A stretch of 64,000 bases of DNA from contig CAZDVD010000010.1 in the NCBI GenBank assembly GCA_964508765.1, forward strand, positions 14,595-78,594, in the 5' to 3' direction. The position numbers were made by a program, and so were the translations under genes. Source of the stretch: an uncultured Lentisphaeria bacterium. GTDB lineage: Bacteria; Fidelibacterota; UBA8477; JABMPR01. The notes beneath the pieces are model-generated. The model was not told the DNA's origin and did no database searches. It saw only the letters and a program-made list of their open reading frames with translations. This document shows positions 19,372-29,752 of the stretch, piece by piece; within the stretch, counting starts at the first letter, position 1; each line of letters starts with the position of its first letter.

Positions 19372-20439
19372 TCAAAATTTGAGCGAAATATCAAAACGTT
19401 GGACAAAATCCAGACGACTAAAGTCCTCATAGTTGTACTGGAATTCAAGATTAAAACCACCGATGTTGAGATCAAGTGATCCACCCAGTGTGAGACCTTT
19501 CTCAGAATCTTCCTGAAACAGGTTTTGATAGCCCATTTGTAGAGCAATCATGGGCATGGGACGCCACTCTACACCCAGATTTATATGTTCATAATTGTCA
19601 TTGGGGTGTACGGCGTCGGTTTCAATGGTTACTTCTCCAAATTTCATTGGGGGTAAATCATAGGCTAATCCGAAGCGAAAGGTCAGAGGGATATCCCAGG
19701 CATTGGTGTAAAGGCTGGCAGGGATATGAGAATTATCTCCCGAAGCTTCAGAGTTCTGATCATACTGAATGAGTAAATCCTTACCGCCGTATTGTAATTT
19801 TTGTCCAAAATTGGATATCGTAGCACCAATTCGCAATCGACGATTCTCAAAATAGTACAGGCTCCCAAAATCCATTGCGATCCCCGAGGCAACTGAATTC
19901 CAGATGCGTTGATGGATGAACTTTGTATTAAACCCGATACTGAAAAAATCCGTAAGTGCTCTGGCATAGGACAAAGTCATGGCCAGATCATTGGCTGAGA
20001 AATACTCTCCCGTACCCTCAGGTTTTTCCACAGTTCTTACCAGCATATCTTTGGTGGAAAGACTGACCAGACCTAATCCCAGGGATTGCGAACCACCTAT
20101 GGGAATAACAACTCCGTAATAGCTCAAATCCATATCAGCGATCCACTGGCATTGCTCAAGTTGAATGCTGGGGCCATCAAAAAAGGCACTGGCTGCAGGA
20201 TTCCAATATAGGGCGCTGGCATCATTCACCGACGCTGCCACAGCACCACCCATGGCGACACTACGGCCACCCAGACCAATTTTCAGGAATTGAGCAGTAG
20301 TTGTTCCGGTTTTACTGATGACATCTGAAGCCCTGGATGGATTCCATAATCCCAATAATAGAAAAATACCAATGAATATAATATCTGCGCGAATGGGTCT
20401 GATATGCATATGCTCTGCTCTGATAGATTTCCTCATCAT
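19372..20439 (-). CDS. PorV/PorQ-like (FadL-fold) outer-membrane beta-barrel
   Basis: 355 aa. N-terminal signature GTTTAQFLKIGLGGRSVAMGGAVAASVNDASALYWNPAA. Amphipathic beta-strand pattern with a C-terminal ...FDISLKF. Starts 3 bp after the 1100-aa gene. Paralog at 52863-53891. Confidence 0.7.
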   Translation of the reverse strand: MMRKSIRAEHMHIRPIRADIIFIGIFLLLGLWNPSRASDVISKTGTTTAQFLKIGLGGRSVAMGGAVAASVNDASALYWNPAASAFFDGPSIQLEQCQWIADMDLSYYGVVIPIGGSQSLGLGLVSLSTKDMLVRTVEKPEGTGEYFSANDLAMTLSYARALTDFFSIGFNTKFIHQRIWNSVASGIAMDFGSLYYFENRRLRIGATISNFGQKLQYGGKDLLIQYDQNSEASGDNSHIPASLYTNAWDIPLTFRFGLAYDLPPMKFGEVTIETDAVHPNDNYEHINLGVEWRPMPMIALQMGYQNLFQEDSEKGLTLGGSLDLNIGGFNLEFQYNYEDFSRLDFVQRFDISLKF

Positions 20440-20442
20440 TGA

Positions 20443-23400
20443 CTACTTAATCACTGCGAATTTGCCAATAAAATTACCAGACTGCTGGCTATCGAGATAG
20501 AAAACGTATACTCCTGGCGCCAGATCCAAACCGTCCTTGGTTTGTAGATTCCAAGCCAAGGCCCCATCATCCATTCCTGAAGGATGATGCAAGGTGATGA
20601 TATGATCTCCACTTACATTAAAGATGGTGATCTCAGCTTGTTGTGGTAAATGAATAAAATTAACCTTCCTTTCACCACGTCCAGAAGCACTGGAGCGCTG
20701 ACTTTCCCATGCGGCAGCAGCCACATATGGGTTAGGTACAACGGCCACTTCACTCACCTGATTTATGGCAAGTTCCTGATCGACTTCAGCAGCAAAAGAG
20801 GTAAAAGCGAATTCATCACCGCTTCTGAAGGGTAAATGTATAGCAATGTTGGCTATATCACCATCCTCTGGAGGTATTAATTCTCCTTCAGGTGACACAA
20901 AATATACGCGCCAGGTGTCTCGCCAGATACCTCTGACTTTCAACTGCAATCTTAGATAATCCCCAACGGAGAGTAAACTGTCGGGGCTATCTGAAGGCTC
21001 CCAGAGGTAGGTCCGCACCTTTTTTCCACTGGTTTTATCAATGACACGGAAATTGGAAAGATATTTAAAGCTGTTTTTTAACATCGAGCTGTCTGAGACC
21101 CCATATTGGACCTCATAAGTGGCTGGGAATCCGTCAATTCTCCCTGAGAAATTATCCCAGTAGGAATCCCGCTCAGCGTACATCAACACATTGGAAACAC
21201 CCTGGACCCAACCTGTATTTTCTGGATCTGGTGCCACCGTGTCATTTCTGACAGAGACACGCATCCCTGCGAACAGTGGGTTGGTATCTTCATTGTTTAA
21301 AGCTTCCGATTCATCGAATATCAGTATTGTATCGGCAGGATTAGATTCGACTTTTATGAGACTGTATCTGATGGTGTCCTGATGACTTGTATCATCAAAA
21401 CTGATCCGAAATTCTCCATCCGTAACCAATGCAGGGTCGATAATACTGATACTAATATCTCCTGTCCCAAACCCCTGGATGCGCTGCAGCCCTCCTGCAA
21501 TTTCAGGCTCCACATATCCTGCAATCGGTGCATTTGGTGTCACATAGACCGTATTCTTGTCAACGGTAACCTCGCCAGCCCGATTCTTGACTATAACCTT
21601 GGTGCATTCTGAGGGTAAAATATTCTTCTCTTCCCACCCGCGATCATACGAAACAACGGCATAATAATAATCCATACCATTTTGAACATCTGTATCGACC
21701 CAGGAGTGTCGTAATCCTGTATCGTTCCCCAGGAAATACTCAATTCCATGCACATCAACATTAAAAAATCCCTGGACCCCATCTTCTTTGTCAAACTGCG
21801 CGACGGGTTCGTGGAAAGTTGCTTCACCATACCCATTAGTAATGATATAAGCATCATTGAAAGAAGCGTCTGTGGCTTTGTATATCCGATAACCTTCGAA
21901 ATCATAACCTCCGGTTTCTGGATGTGTAAAGGCAGGGTCATCTAAGGAGCTTTCAGCAAAATCATCCCAGTATAGGGTCACCTCTCCATCTCCTGCTACT
22001 GCTGAGACTGTGGGCTTTTCAGGAGGACGAGCAAAATTATAATTGGCATTGTAGATATTTTGGACCACTTCCTTGTTGCGTTTCAGGTCATCCAAACTTT
22101 CGCCAAAAACCAGGGCCATTGAAAAGCGCTCTGTATGATTTGGTGGCATGATAAACGGACCAGATCCGAATAGGAACGCGATATTTCCCGGAAGGGATAC
22201 ATTGCTGAAATGATAGTTAGACACGCGGTCCCAGATGACCTCATCCTGACTGTACTCCACTCCCTGGCCAAGATAAAATGCATCAAAAGCCGTGAGACCA
22301 ATTTGGTCAGATTCATCCTTATCGGTGATATCATAGTTGGGTTCACCAGTGGTCGGTATACCATCACCCTCACCTGTGTCCCCTGTACCTGCCAGACCAT
22401 CTGCACCTGTATCATGGAGTTCGGAATCCCAGTCACCGTCATTATCGATACCATCATCACGGGCTTCATCAATAAGCGGATCGTCCAGACCGGCACCTGT
22501 AAAGAAATTTTTATACTTCAAACCCATATGCACAGATTCATTTTCATCAATGAGACCATCAAGATCATCATCAACCCCATTAAAGGGGATGTCATTATAG
22601 CTCAAACCACGCTGATATACTCTGACGCTATCATACTGATCCACAACGAGACTGTCACCTGAGAAGCGGTAGAAACTCCCTGATCCACCTTCACTGAAAC
22701 TGGTAAGTATGCGTCCCAGATCATTCTCATAATCCATATTTTGATAATCGATTAAGACCACTTCATCTGCCAGGTTTCTTGCCTGGAAATCCGTTGAACC
22801 AAGTTCTGGTGAAGGTCCAGACGAGGCGTCCTCATCATTATCGATACCATCAAATGGGTTTCCTGGACTTTCCAAAAAGGCATATCCCGCGTAACCGGTT
22901 TGCCAGTTGCCTTCACCTAGATCATTGGAATCCCAGGTATAGGCCAAATCTAGTGATAGGTCGTAGAAGGCCTGGTCATCATTGCTGTCATTTTGACCGC
23001 CCACGCCTGCGTCTGCATACATACCAAACACCGTTTTGGGATAAGTGGTAGTGGATACATTGGTGACATCATAATGCCAGAAAATAATATCTTCAGCCAG
23101 CACATTGGACCATTGGAAACCGCGTACTGCTACGCGCATTCCCAGCCCTCCCCGTTGTAGTTCCAGTGAATCAGAGTTGAACAGACCCCAAAAATCCTGC
23201 CCATAATCCTGATAGTCATCCATGACGAAATAACTCTCCTGGTCAGCATTGGTCTTCCGGCCAAAATAGCCGTTCCATGAACCACTCCAGTCGGCAGCCT
23301 GATCGGGCCAATAAAGGGGCCAGGTATTGGGATCATCACTGAGAGCGATATGGTCCTGATCAGGATTGGCAAAACCGGCCAGCGGTTGCCATCCGAACTC

Positions 23401-23745
23401 AATCCCTGTAGAGCCTTCTTCGTAATGTTCTCTATACCCACCTTCGACTATGTGGGTGATTCGTCCATCGTCCAGTTGGACCTCAGCAGCAACCAATGGG
23501 TAAATTCCATCCATATATGAGTGATTGGAGCCCTTGGGCCACACACCAGATGGTTGTTTGCCCCACCAGGCTACTTCACCAAAATTCCAGAACAAAGTCT
23601 CCACCAAATTCCCATTATGAAGACCCTGTTTGCGATTAATACGATCCCCGTGCAGCTCATCAATATTATTTTGGGCAACAAGTGCCTGGGTAAAACTCAG
23701 GAGAAGGCTTACTGTAAAAATGAAAGCTTTGTTTTGATTTCTCAT
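20443..23745 (-). CDS. 1100-aa secreted protein of unknown family with thrombospondin-type-3-like Ca-binding Asp repeats, an FN3-like module and a variant CTD
   Basis: Signal peptide ...TQALVAQ. Motifs are SDDPNTWP, NADQESYFVMDD and DGIDNDGDWD...GADGLAGTGDTGEGDGIPTTGEPNYDITDKDESDQIGLT, plus FEGYRIYKATD. C-terminus VVPNPYV..SGRGERKVNF...GVYVFYLDS...GKFAVIK. Paralog at 53894-57805. Confidence 0.8.
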   Translation of the reverse strand: MRNQNKAFIFTVSLLLSFTQALVAQNNIDELHGDRINRKQGLHNGNLVETLFWNFGEVAWWGKQPSGVWPKGSNHSYMDGIYPLVAAEVQLDDGRITHIVEGGYREHYEEGSTGIEFGWQPLAGFANPDQDHIALSDDPNTWPLYWPDQAADWSGSWNGYFGRKTNADQESYFVMDDYQDYGQDFWGLFNSDSLELQRGGLGMRVAVRGFQWSNVLAEDIIFWHYDVTNVSTTTYPKTVFGMYADAGVGGQNDSNDDQAFYDLSLDLAYTWDSNDLGEGNWQTGYAGYAFLESPGNPFDGIDNDEDASSGPSPELGSTDFQARNLADEVVLIDYQNMDYENDLGRILTSFSEGGSGSFYRFSGDSLVVDQYDSVRVYQRGLSYNDIPFNGVDDDLDGLIDENESVHMGLKYKNFFTGAGLDDPLIDEARDDGIDNDGDWDSELHDTGADGLAGTGDTGEGDGIPTTGEPNYDITDKDESDQIGLTAFDAFYLGQGVEYSQDEVIWDRVSNYHFSNVSLPGNIAFLFGSGPFIMPPNHTERFSMALVFGESLDDLKRNKEVVQNIYNANYNFARPPEKPTVSAVAGDGEVTLYWDDFAESSLDDPAFTHPETGGYDFEGYRIYKATDASFNDAYIITNGYGEATFHEPVAQFDKEDGVQGFFNVDVHGIEYFLGNDTGLRHSWVDTDVQNGMDYYYAVVSYDRGWEEKNILPSECTKVIVKNRAGEVTVDKNTVYVTPNAPIAGYVEPEIAGGLQRIQGFGTGDISISIIDPALVTDGEFRISFDDTSHQDTIRYSLIKVESNPADTILIFDESEALNNEDTNPLFAGMRVSVRNDTVAPDPENTGWVQGVSNVLMYAERDSYWDNFSGRIDGFPATYEVQYGVSDSSMLKNSFKYLSNFRVIDKTSGKKVRTYLWEPSDSPDSLLSVGDYLRLQLKVRGIWRDTWRVYFVSPEGELIPPEDGDIANIAIHLPFRSGDEFAFTSFAAEVDQELAINQVSEVAVVPNPYVAAAAWESQRSSASGRGERKVNFIHLPQQAEITIFNVSGDHIITLHHPSGMDDGALAWNLQTKDGLDLAPGVYVFYLDSQQSGNFIGKFAVIK

Positions 23746-23755
23746 TCGGTCATTC

Positions 23756-26425
23756 TCACATTACGAATTTCATACCCACAAGCACTTCACGAGGAGCCTG
23801 GAAATAGTCTGGACGTGTCAGGAAGTCCTCCAACGAGTGAATGGGTTGTTCAGGCACATAGGTAGGGATGAGACTGTAGGATGGACTGCCAGTATCTTTA
23901 TTGACATCCCTGGCATTTTTTCTATCCATTACATTCTTAATTAAAAAATAAACAGCCAGACGAGAATCTCCCATCGGGATTCCATACTCTCCCGTGAGAT
24001 CAACATTTAAAGTGACAGGCTTTCTTTCAGAATTTTGAAAGGATGTGCGCTCCCCTTGAAATTCCGGGGTATATGGTAATCCAGAACCAAACTGACTGAT
24101 GGCGCTCAAGTGCCAGTTTTTTTGACTCATGGTCATGGAAAAATTAATTGTGTGTGACTGATCCCAATCAAGGGGAACCACCTGGATTTCACTGCTACGC
24201 GGTGGATCACTTTGACGATCATAGAAGACACTGCGAGGGTCTGAAGCATTTCCTTCGGCAATCTGATATGTATACTCGATTGAGCCAGAAAAGATGCTGT
24301 ATTGTTTCAATGATAAGGACAGGGCGACACCTCGGACATTGCCATAGTCTTGATTTTCATAGCGTGCATAGCTATCACCAAGGATATACAACTCATAAAT
24401 TTGAGTACCGACTAAATTCCTCATATCCTTGTAAAATCCGGTAACGTCCAGAACCAGATTTTGGGCCACCATTTGCTGCAAACCGAACTGATAGATCACT
24501 GTTTTTTTAGGCTTCAAGGAAGCATTGCCGACAATACTTTTTAAATCTCCACCCCTGACTTCAAATTCTGAATTATGATAGAGAAATTCGTAAGCAGGTA
24601 TCTGAAAAAAATGCCCGTACGAGATGTGAATGGCACCTTTGTCACTGATAGGAAAGGATAATCCAAGTCGCGGAGAGAATTTTGAGGAGTTTGGAGAATC
24701 TTTAAATGCGTTCTCCCCAGTGCCTGAGTAGCTGCCATCTGGATCCCTGAGATCCATCGGCTCCTGCCCATCTGGTTGGAAATAATCCCAACGCAGGCCT
24801 GCCACCAGCACAATATGTTCTGCCTCAATTTTATCCTCCAGCCAAACACCAACTTCTAATGGACTGTGAGTGTACTCGTTATTGCTCCAATGCTCCTCAG
24901 GAAATATTTCCGGGAGCCAGGCAGTGCTACGATCCAGCTTAATGCCATAATCATGCTGCCAGAGTTCGCTTTTACGAGCTTCCATTCCAGTTTTAATTTC
25001 ATGGTGCCGATTGGGTTGAGTGATGAGATTGAATTTGAAAGTATTTACCGTGCTTCTACGATAAAAATGATTCATTACCATGCCACCCGTGTAGAATCCA
25101 TAGCCCAATCGTCTGGATAATAAAGTGCTCACATAGCGGTCATCCAGATAATCCTCGAAGACGTAATTACTTCTCTCAGAATTGAAACGAGCGATATTTA
25201 TGGTATAAAAAAGTTTTGAACTTGGGAAATGGTTCATTGATAAACTTGTCTGGTAACTGTCCTTGAATTGTTTGAGCCTACCTTGAGGATTATACTTGTA
25301 CAAATGGTCATAATCAGCCCATGACTGCTTGGTGTAATCAGTGGACACGTCGACCCGGAATTTGGGACCGAAATGTTTTGATAATTTGCCATGTGTGGTG
25401 AAGGTGTTATTATAATTCATGGCTACGGTTTTACCGCTGCCTGATTGAGAAACACTCCAATTTTCAGGATCCGGATCATCAATATTTGAGGAGTCAGAAG
25501 GCAAAAATTCTTCAACCCCATATAGGTGACCATCCTTGGATTGATTTTTCACACCAAGAACAAAGCCGGCATCTTCACCGAGAATTTTCAAGGGTCCCGT
25601 GAGAGTTAATTCCCCACTCATGTTCTGTAGAGGATCAACATTGTCAATATTCAGAAAGGGAGTTGTATGACTGGAAATAAAATCACCACCAAAAATATTT
25701 GCCGATAAGCCAAATTTTGAAGCGCCACTCTTGGTGACGATGTTTACAACGCCGCTCATGGCCTGTCCATACTCAGCGCTAAAAGTGCCGCTAATTACCT
25801 TAATTTCCTGAATACCGCTATTTTCAATATTGACTGCCATTTCACCGTTGTAAGGGTCGGTGACACTTATGCCATCAAGCATATAACTCACTTCTCCACC
25901 CCTACCACCACGGAAGTGACCATCTACGACGCCAGCCTGCAGACCCACGAGGTCGCTCATTTCCTGAACAGGCAATTTTTCTATTTCATCAGCACCGATC
26001 ACAGCCATGGTACTTGTGCGGTCGCGTTGAATATCAGGTCTTGTGGCGATAACCTCAATTTGGGCATCCACCTCAATCACTTGAGGGGTCATCTTAAAAT
26101 CATGAATGGAATTGAAGTCGGTAAGAACCTGAATATTATCCTGGCGGATCTGCTGATAGCCAATCATTTGAACATTGAGACTATAAACACCGGGGGGAAC
26201 GTTTAGAATCATATAATAGCCTTCTAAATCTGTAGCAGCCCCGTAATTAGTATCTGTGAAAAAGACGTTTGCACCTGGAAATGCTTGACCAGTTTGGGCT
26301 TCGGTTACCCTCCCACTGATCTTACCTGTCGTACCAGAAATGACCATGACGGGCAGCAATTGAAGCAACAGGACCATCAATAAAACTGATCTCCGTATTA
26401 TCCTTCTCGAATTATTTATGTCCAT
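23756..26425 (-). CDS. TonB-dependent receptor with an N-terminal carboxypeptidase-regulatory-like domain (SusC-like position, no SusD partner)
   Basis: I prefer the ATG at 26425 (MDINNSRRIIRRSVLLMVLLL...). GKISGRVTEAQTGQAFPGANVFF...GYYMILNVPPGVYSLNVQMIGYQ. Plug motifs are VSYMLDGISVTDPYN and ISGTFSAEYGQAMSGVVNIVTK. C-terminal barrel ...VLVGMKFVM. Confidence 0.9.
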   Translation of the reverse strand: MDINNSRRIIRRSVLLMVLLLQLLPVMVISGTTGKISGRVTEAQTGQAFPGANVFFTDTNYGAATDLEGYYMILNVPPGVYSLNVQMIGYQQIRQDNIQVLTDFNSIHDFKMTPQVIEVDAQIEVIATRPDIQRDRTSTMAVIGADEIEKLPVQEMSDLVGLQAGVVDGHFRGGRGGEVSYMLDGISVTDPYNGEMAVNIENSGIQEIKVISGTFSAEYGQAMSGVVNIVTKSGASKFGLSANIFGGDFISSHTTPFLNIDNVDPLQNMSGELTLTGPLKILGEDAGFVLGVKNQSKDGHLYGVEEFLPSDSSNIDDPDPENWSVSQSGSGKTVAMNYNNTFTTHGKLSKHFGPKFRVDVSTDYTKQSWADYDHLYKYNPQGRLKQFKDSYQTSLSMNHFPSSKLFYTINIARFNSERSNYVFEDYLDDRYVSTLLSRRLGYGFYTGGMVMNHFYRRSTVNTFKFNLITQPNRHHEIKTGMEARKSELWQHDYGIKLDRSTAWLPEIFPEEHWSNNEYTHSPLEVGVWLEDKIEAEHIVLVAGLRWDYFQPDGQEPMDLRDPDGSYSGTGENAFKDSPNSSKFSPRLGLSFPISDKGAIHISYGHFFQIPAYEFLYHNSEFEVRGGDLKSIVGNASLKPKKTVIYQFGLQQMVAQNLVLDVTGFYKDMRNLVGTQIYELYILGDSYARYENQDYGNVRGVALSLSLKQYSIFSGSIEYTYQIAEGNASDPRSVFYDRQSDPPRSSEIQVVPLDWDQSHTINFSMTMSQKNWHLSAISQFGSGLPYTPEFQGERTSFQNSERKPVTLNVDLTGEYGIPMGDSRLAVYFLIKNVMDRKNARDVNKDTGSPSYSLIPTYVPEQPIHSLEDFLTRPDYFQAPREVLVGMKFVM

Positions 26426-26456
26426 GGTCTTTCCTGATATCTGCTTATGGATAATT

Positions 26457-26490
26457 TCAAGGTGGCAATGTTGACTTACCACCACCTTGA
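26457..26490 (-). promoter_or_regulatory. Intercistronic hairpin in the leader of the TBDR gene
   Basis: A 9-bp inverted repeat, TCAAGGTGG (26457-26465) / CCACCTTGA (26482-26490), with a 16-nt loop. It lies between the CBM9-like gene stop (26565) and the TBDR start (26425). No U-tail, so the function is unknown. Confidence 0.3.
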
Positions 26491-26564
26491 AATTCTGCTA
26501 ACAATGTCTATCAAAACCCATCCAGGTCCACTTGTAGTCTGTATACCTGGGTACTACATGAAGA

Positions 26565-28328
26565 TTATTTAAGCATCAACATTTTTCTGGTGGCAACCTG
26601 GCCACCCACTGTCGCTTTGTAAAAGTACATTCCTGTACTGACCAGCTCTTGGTTACTTCCCATACTATTCCACGAGAAGCTATGTGAGCCTGCTGATAGA
26701 AAGCCATCATGTAAAGTAACAACATGCTGACCCAGGACATTGAATATCTCTAAGGTTGCGTTTCCTGCCTGGGGTACAGCAAGATCGATAACTGTCCCAG
26801 CGTTAAACGGATTAGGATAATTCTGAGCAAGACTAAAGTTCACGGGACCTGATGCAAAGTCGTCTGCAGAAACAGGGTCGCTACTTAAGACAACCCCGCG
26901 ATACATGAAGTATTTCTCAAAATTGGGATCAGCCCATTGGGTTCCCCACCATTCTGGAGCATAGTCAGCGATGGCGGCATCATATTCATCAGCGCTGGAA
27001 TAATCCAAATCCCAGATGACGGCACTCAAACGGACCGTATCACCCACCTCATATCCATAATCAGCAGTATTTATTACCAATTCAAGCGAATAACCTGCAT
27101 CAGCACCGTTTGTCCCTGTATGAGTAACTGTACCGGCAGGCTCGAAGCTGACGCCCTCGGCAGAACCAGTAGGAACCTGGTCGTTGGTTTCAAAAGAGAT
27201 TCCTTCTCCCTCAACACCGGAAAAGTACATCGCTTTTATCTCTTTACGAGCAGCAGGGGCATAGTCACCCTTGTCGGTCATCCACAGGAATAAACCATCC
27301 GCTTCCCAACCTGGAGACCATTTGCCTACTGAAGCATCATCAGATTCCACTGCGATATAGAGTAACTCACCCTTATGGACAAACTTAATAGAGGTCTCGC
27401 TGGCATCGGTATAATCATTGGTCGAATCACTCCATTGTGAATAGTAGCCACCTGTGGAACCATTGGCACTGTGTCCCACCAATACTGTTTCAGCACCAGT
27501 CCAGAAAGCTTCCGTCACTTGACCATCCATGACGATGTTATCCTCAGTGGCTAGAGCAATGCGTGTAGGTGGATCTGACAAGCGCAGTATACGCATGTCT
27601 GGACCCCATTCGCTACCCCACCAGGCTTTGAAAAAACTGCCTACTTCCCATCCTTCACCAGCTACACCAGTATATCCATCTGGATCAAATATATTTATGA
27701 GTACCTGGACATCACTATAAGCATCTGTATAGCCAAGATCGGCAAGATGAATGACCATTTCTGCTGTATATCCTGAATCTACACTTGTCGTATCATTTAC
27801 AATGGTACCTGATTTTTTGTAGCCTACTCCTTCTGCTGAAGTTGGATAAAGCCCTGGAAGCTCTAAATGGATATCGGGATCTTCACCCTCCAGATTAAAG
27901 TAGAGTTTATACTCTACATCTGTTCCGCTGGCATCCTTCACCTTCATGAACAGACCATCACCTTCCCAGCTGCTGTTGAAACGACAGACAGATTTGTCAT
28001 CTGAATCCAGACTGATGTATAGATCCAATCCATTATGTACCATTTTGACAATTGTACTGGTTGTATCTATGTAAGGTGCCTGGACTTCAACTCCACCTGT
28101 AACAGCAAAGTCTACGTCGCCCGTGCCCATACCAGCATTAAACACCAATCTGTCATAGCGGCGAGCCCATGCATTTTCATCAAGCACAGCATCCACTACA
28201 GGGGCGGTTTCAACTGATACGATCTTAAGAAATGACGGGTCTACATGACTACCCGCCACCACTGCTACTGGATAACTCAAAGTGGTGAACACCACTAAAA
28301 GAGCCAATATCCCGTGTAATTTTTTCAT
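26565..28328 (-). CDS. Secreted protein with two CBM9/DOMON-like modules and a T9SS CTD
   Basis: I prefer the ATG at 28328, preceded by AAGGAGGA (MKKLHGILALLVVFTTLSYPVAVVAG). Two modules begin VVDAVLDENAWARRYD and MDGQVTEAFWTGAE, with LDLYISLDSDD / LLYIAVESDD. CTD QNYPNPFNAGTVIDL...RKMLMLK. Confidence 0.7.
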   Translation of the reverse strand: MKKLHGILALLVVFTTLSYPVAVVAGSHVDPSFLKIVSVETAPVVDAVLDENAWARRYDRLVFNAGMGTGDVDFAVTGGVEVQAPYIDTTSTIVKMVHNGLDLYISLDSDDKSVCRFNSSWEGDGLFMKVKDASGTDVEYKLYFNLEGEDPDIHLELPGLYPTSAEGVGYKKSGTIVNDTTSVDSGYTAEMVIHLADLGYTDAYSDVQVLINIFDPDGYTGVAGEGWEVGSFFKAWWGSEWGPDMRILRLSDPPTRIALATEDNIVMDGQVTEAFWTGAETVLVGHSANGSTGGYYSQWSDSTNDYTDASETSIKFVHKGELLYIAVESDDASVGKWSPGWEADGLFLWMTDKGDYAPAARKEIKAMYFSGVEGEGISFETNDQVPTGSAEGVSFEPAGTVTHTGTNGADAGYSLELVINTADYGYEVGDTVRLSAVIWDLDYSSADEYDAAIADYAPEWWGTQWADPNFEKYFMYRGVVLSSDPVSADDFASGPVNFSLAQNYPNPFNAGTVIDLAVPQAGNATLEIFNVLGQHVVTLHDGFLSAGSHSFSWNSMGSNQELVSTGMYFYKATVGGQVATRKMLMLK

Positions 28329-28415
28329 TACGTCCTCCTTTTTCTCGTTATTAAAACCTTGCACTGAAATCAAATCCCGTTGATTCCCATGGATCAAGGA
28401 TTCCTTTAAAATACA

Positions 28416-29438
28416 CTACTTTTCTGATTCCTGCTGACTACCACAGGATCTACGAATGACCTGTTTTAACGGAATTATAATTTTTTCTGTGGCTCGCTCA
28501 GTAGGATCCATCTTCATATTTTTCAGAAGAGATTCCCCTGCAAGATGGCCTAGACGTTCCAAGGGTACATGAACAGTGGTAAGTGCTGGATCCAGATAGG
28601 CTGCCAGCGAGATATCATCGAATCCAACGATGGCCAAATCTGAAGGCACAGAGAGTTTCAACACTCTGGCAGCTTCAATAGCACCAATAGCCATGGCATC
28701 GTTGGCAGCAAAAATAGCTGTGGGGGCCAGGTTGCGTTGCATGAGTGACAGCGTAGCCTGATATCCTGAGGCTTCTGTAAAGTTACCCATGACTTCCAGA
28801 TTCACATCTTGGTCAAGCTGATATTCATTTCTAGCATCGATATAGCCTCGATAACGTTCTCGGGCATCATAATTGTGTTCACCACCGTGAATGAAAGCAA
28901 TCCGTTTGTGACCAAGCTGGGATAAGTGATGCACCATCTCCTTGGCTGAATTATAGTTGTCTAATAAAATGGTGGTCGAATGGGTTACGTCCATCTCACA
29001 GGCCATAAAGACCACGGGTATCTCATTATTCAATTGTGCCATAAGGCTGCGGTAATCCTGGGCTGAAGGCATCATAATAATGAGTCCGTCAATTCGACCG
29101 CTTTTTACAAAACCGTTGATCGTCTTGATCTCTTCTTCCTCATCGTGAGCACTTGAAATAAGAATCTGGTGATCATTTTTTGAGAGATAGCGGTTTATCC
29201 CCTGAATAATCTCTGAAAAATAGAGTGCACTGGCATCGGGGAAAATCAAGCCCACGGTTTTTGTCTTTTTCCGCTGTAATCCCAAAGCACTGACATTGGG
29301 AACAAAGTTGAGTTCTTTAATGATAGCGCTGACTCGTTCACGGGTAGCAGATCTAACCTTATCAGAGTTATTTAAAACCCTGGATACGGTTGCAGTCGAC
29401 ACTTTTGCTTTTGCTGCAACATCATTAATAGTTGTCAT
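28416..29438 (-). CDS. LacI/GalR-family transcriptional regulator
   Basis: I prefer the ATG at 29438, giving MTTINDVAAKAKVSTATVSRVLNN (the classic LacI HTH). A periplasmic-binding-protein-like sugar domain follows (VGLIFPD..., AIFAANDAMAIGA, IVGFDD). Confidence 0.9.
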   Translation of the reverse strand: MTTINDVAAKAKVSTATVSRVLNNSDKVRSATRERVSAIIKELNFVPNVSALGLQRKKTKTVGLIFPDASALYFSEIIQGINRYLSKNDHQILISSAHDEEEEIKTINGFVKSGRIDGLIIMMPSAQDYRSLMAQLNNEIPVVFMACEMDVTHSTTILLDNYNSAKEMVHHLSQLGHKRIAFIHGGEHNYDARERYRGYIDARNEYQLDQDVNLEVMGNFTEASGYQATLSLMQRNLAPTAIFAANDAMAIGAIEAARVLKLSVPSDLAIVGFDDISLAAYLDPALTTVHVPLERLGHLAGESLLKNMKMDPTERATEKIIIPLKQVIRRSCGSQQESEK

Positions 29439-29481
29439 TGATTTACCATAAGTAGAATGTATTGTCTCCGTAATTGATAAA

Positions 29482-29495
29482 TGTAAACGGTTACA
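29482..29495. promoter_or_regulatory. LacI/CcpA-type operator palindrome upstream of the LacI gene
   Basis: TGTAAACGGTTACA fits TGWAANCGNTNWCA at every constrained position. The extended palindrome is AAATGTAAACGGTTACATTT (29479-29498). It lies 44-57 nt upstream of the ATG at 29438. Confidence 0.55.
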
Positions 29496-29752
29496 TTTTA
29501 AATATATCCATATGTATACCTTTGTCAAGTCATATATATTGATTTTAAATACACGATGTATAGTGTTGTTTTTTTTATCTTTATTGATGTTTAATATTAT
29601 TTTATCTGTCTAATAGTTATACCATATATTCCTTTACTGTTGGCAGGATATTTCTATTATCCACTATGCATATTCATATAAACGATTATAATATTCATCG
29701 AAACGTACAGATTATCATTGATATTATTATACTTATTCATTTTTTGATAGAA

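Noticed and set aside
22083-22662. ORFs 22083..22496 (-), 22210..22662 (+) and 22337..22600 (+)
   Set aside because: They lie in the Asp-repeat (GAY-rich) region of the 1100-aa gene. Such low-complexity coding sequence leaves alternative frames open.
26426-26485. The longer N-terminal extension of the TBDR (start at 26485)
   Set aside because: The extension MVVSQHCHLEIIHKQISGKT is not signal-like and overlaps the 26457-26490 hairpin. The ATG at 26425 starts a basic-hydrophobic signal sequence.
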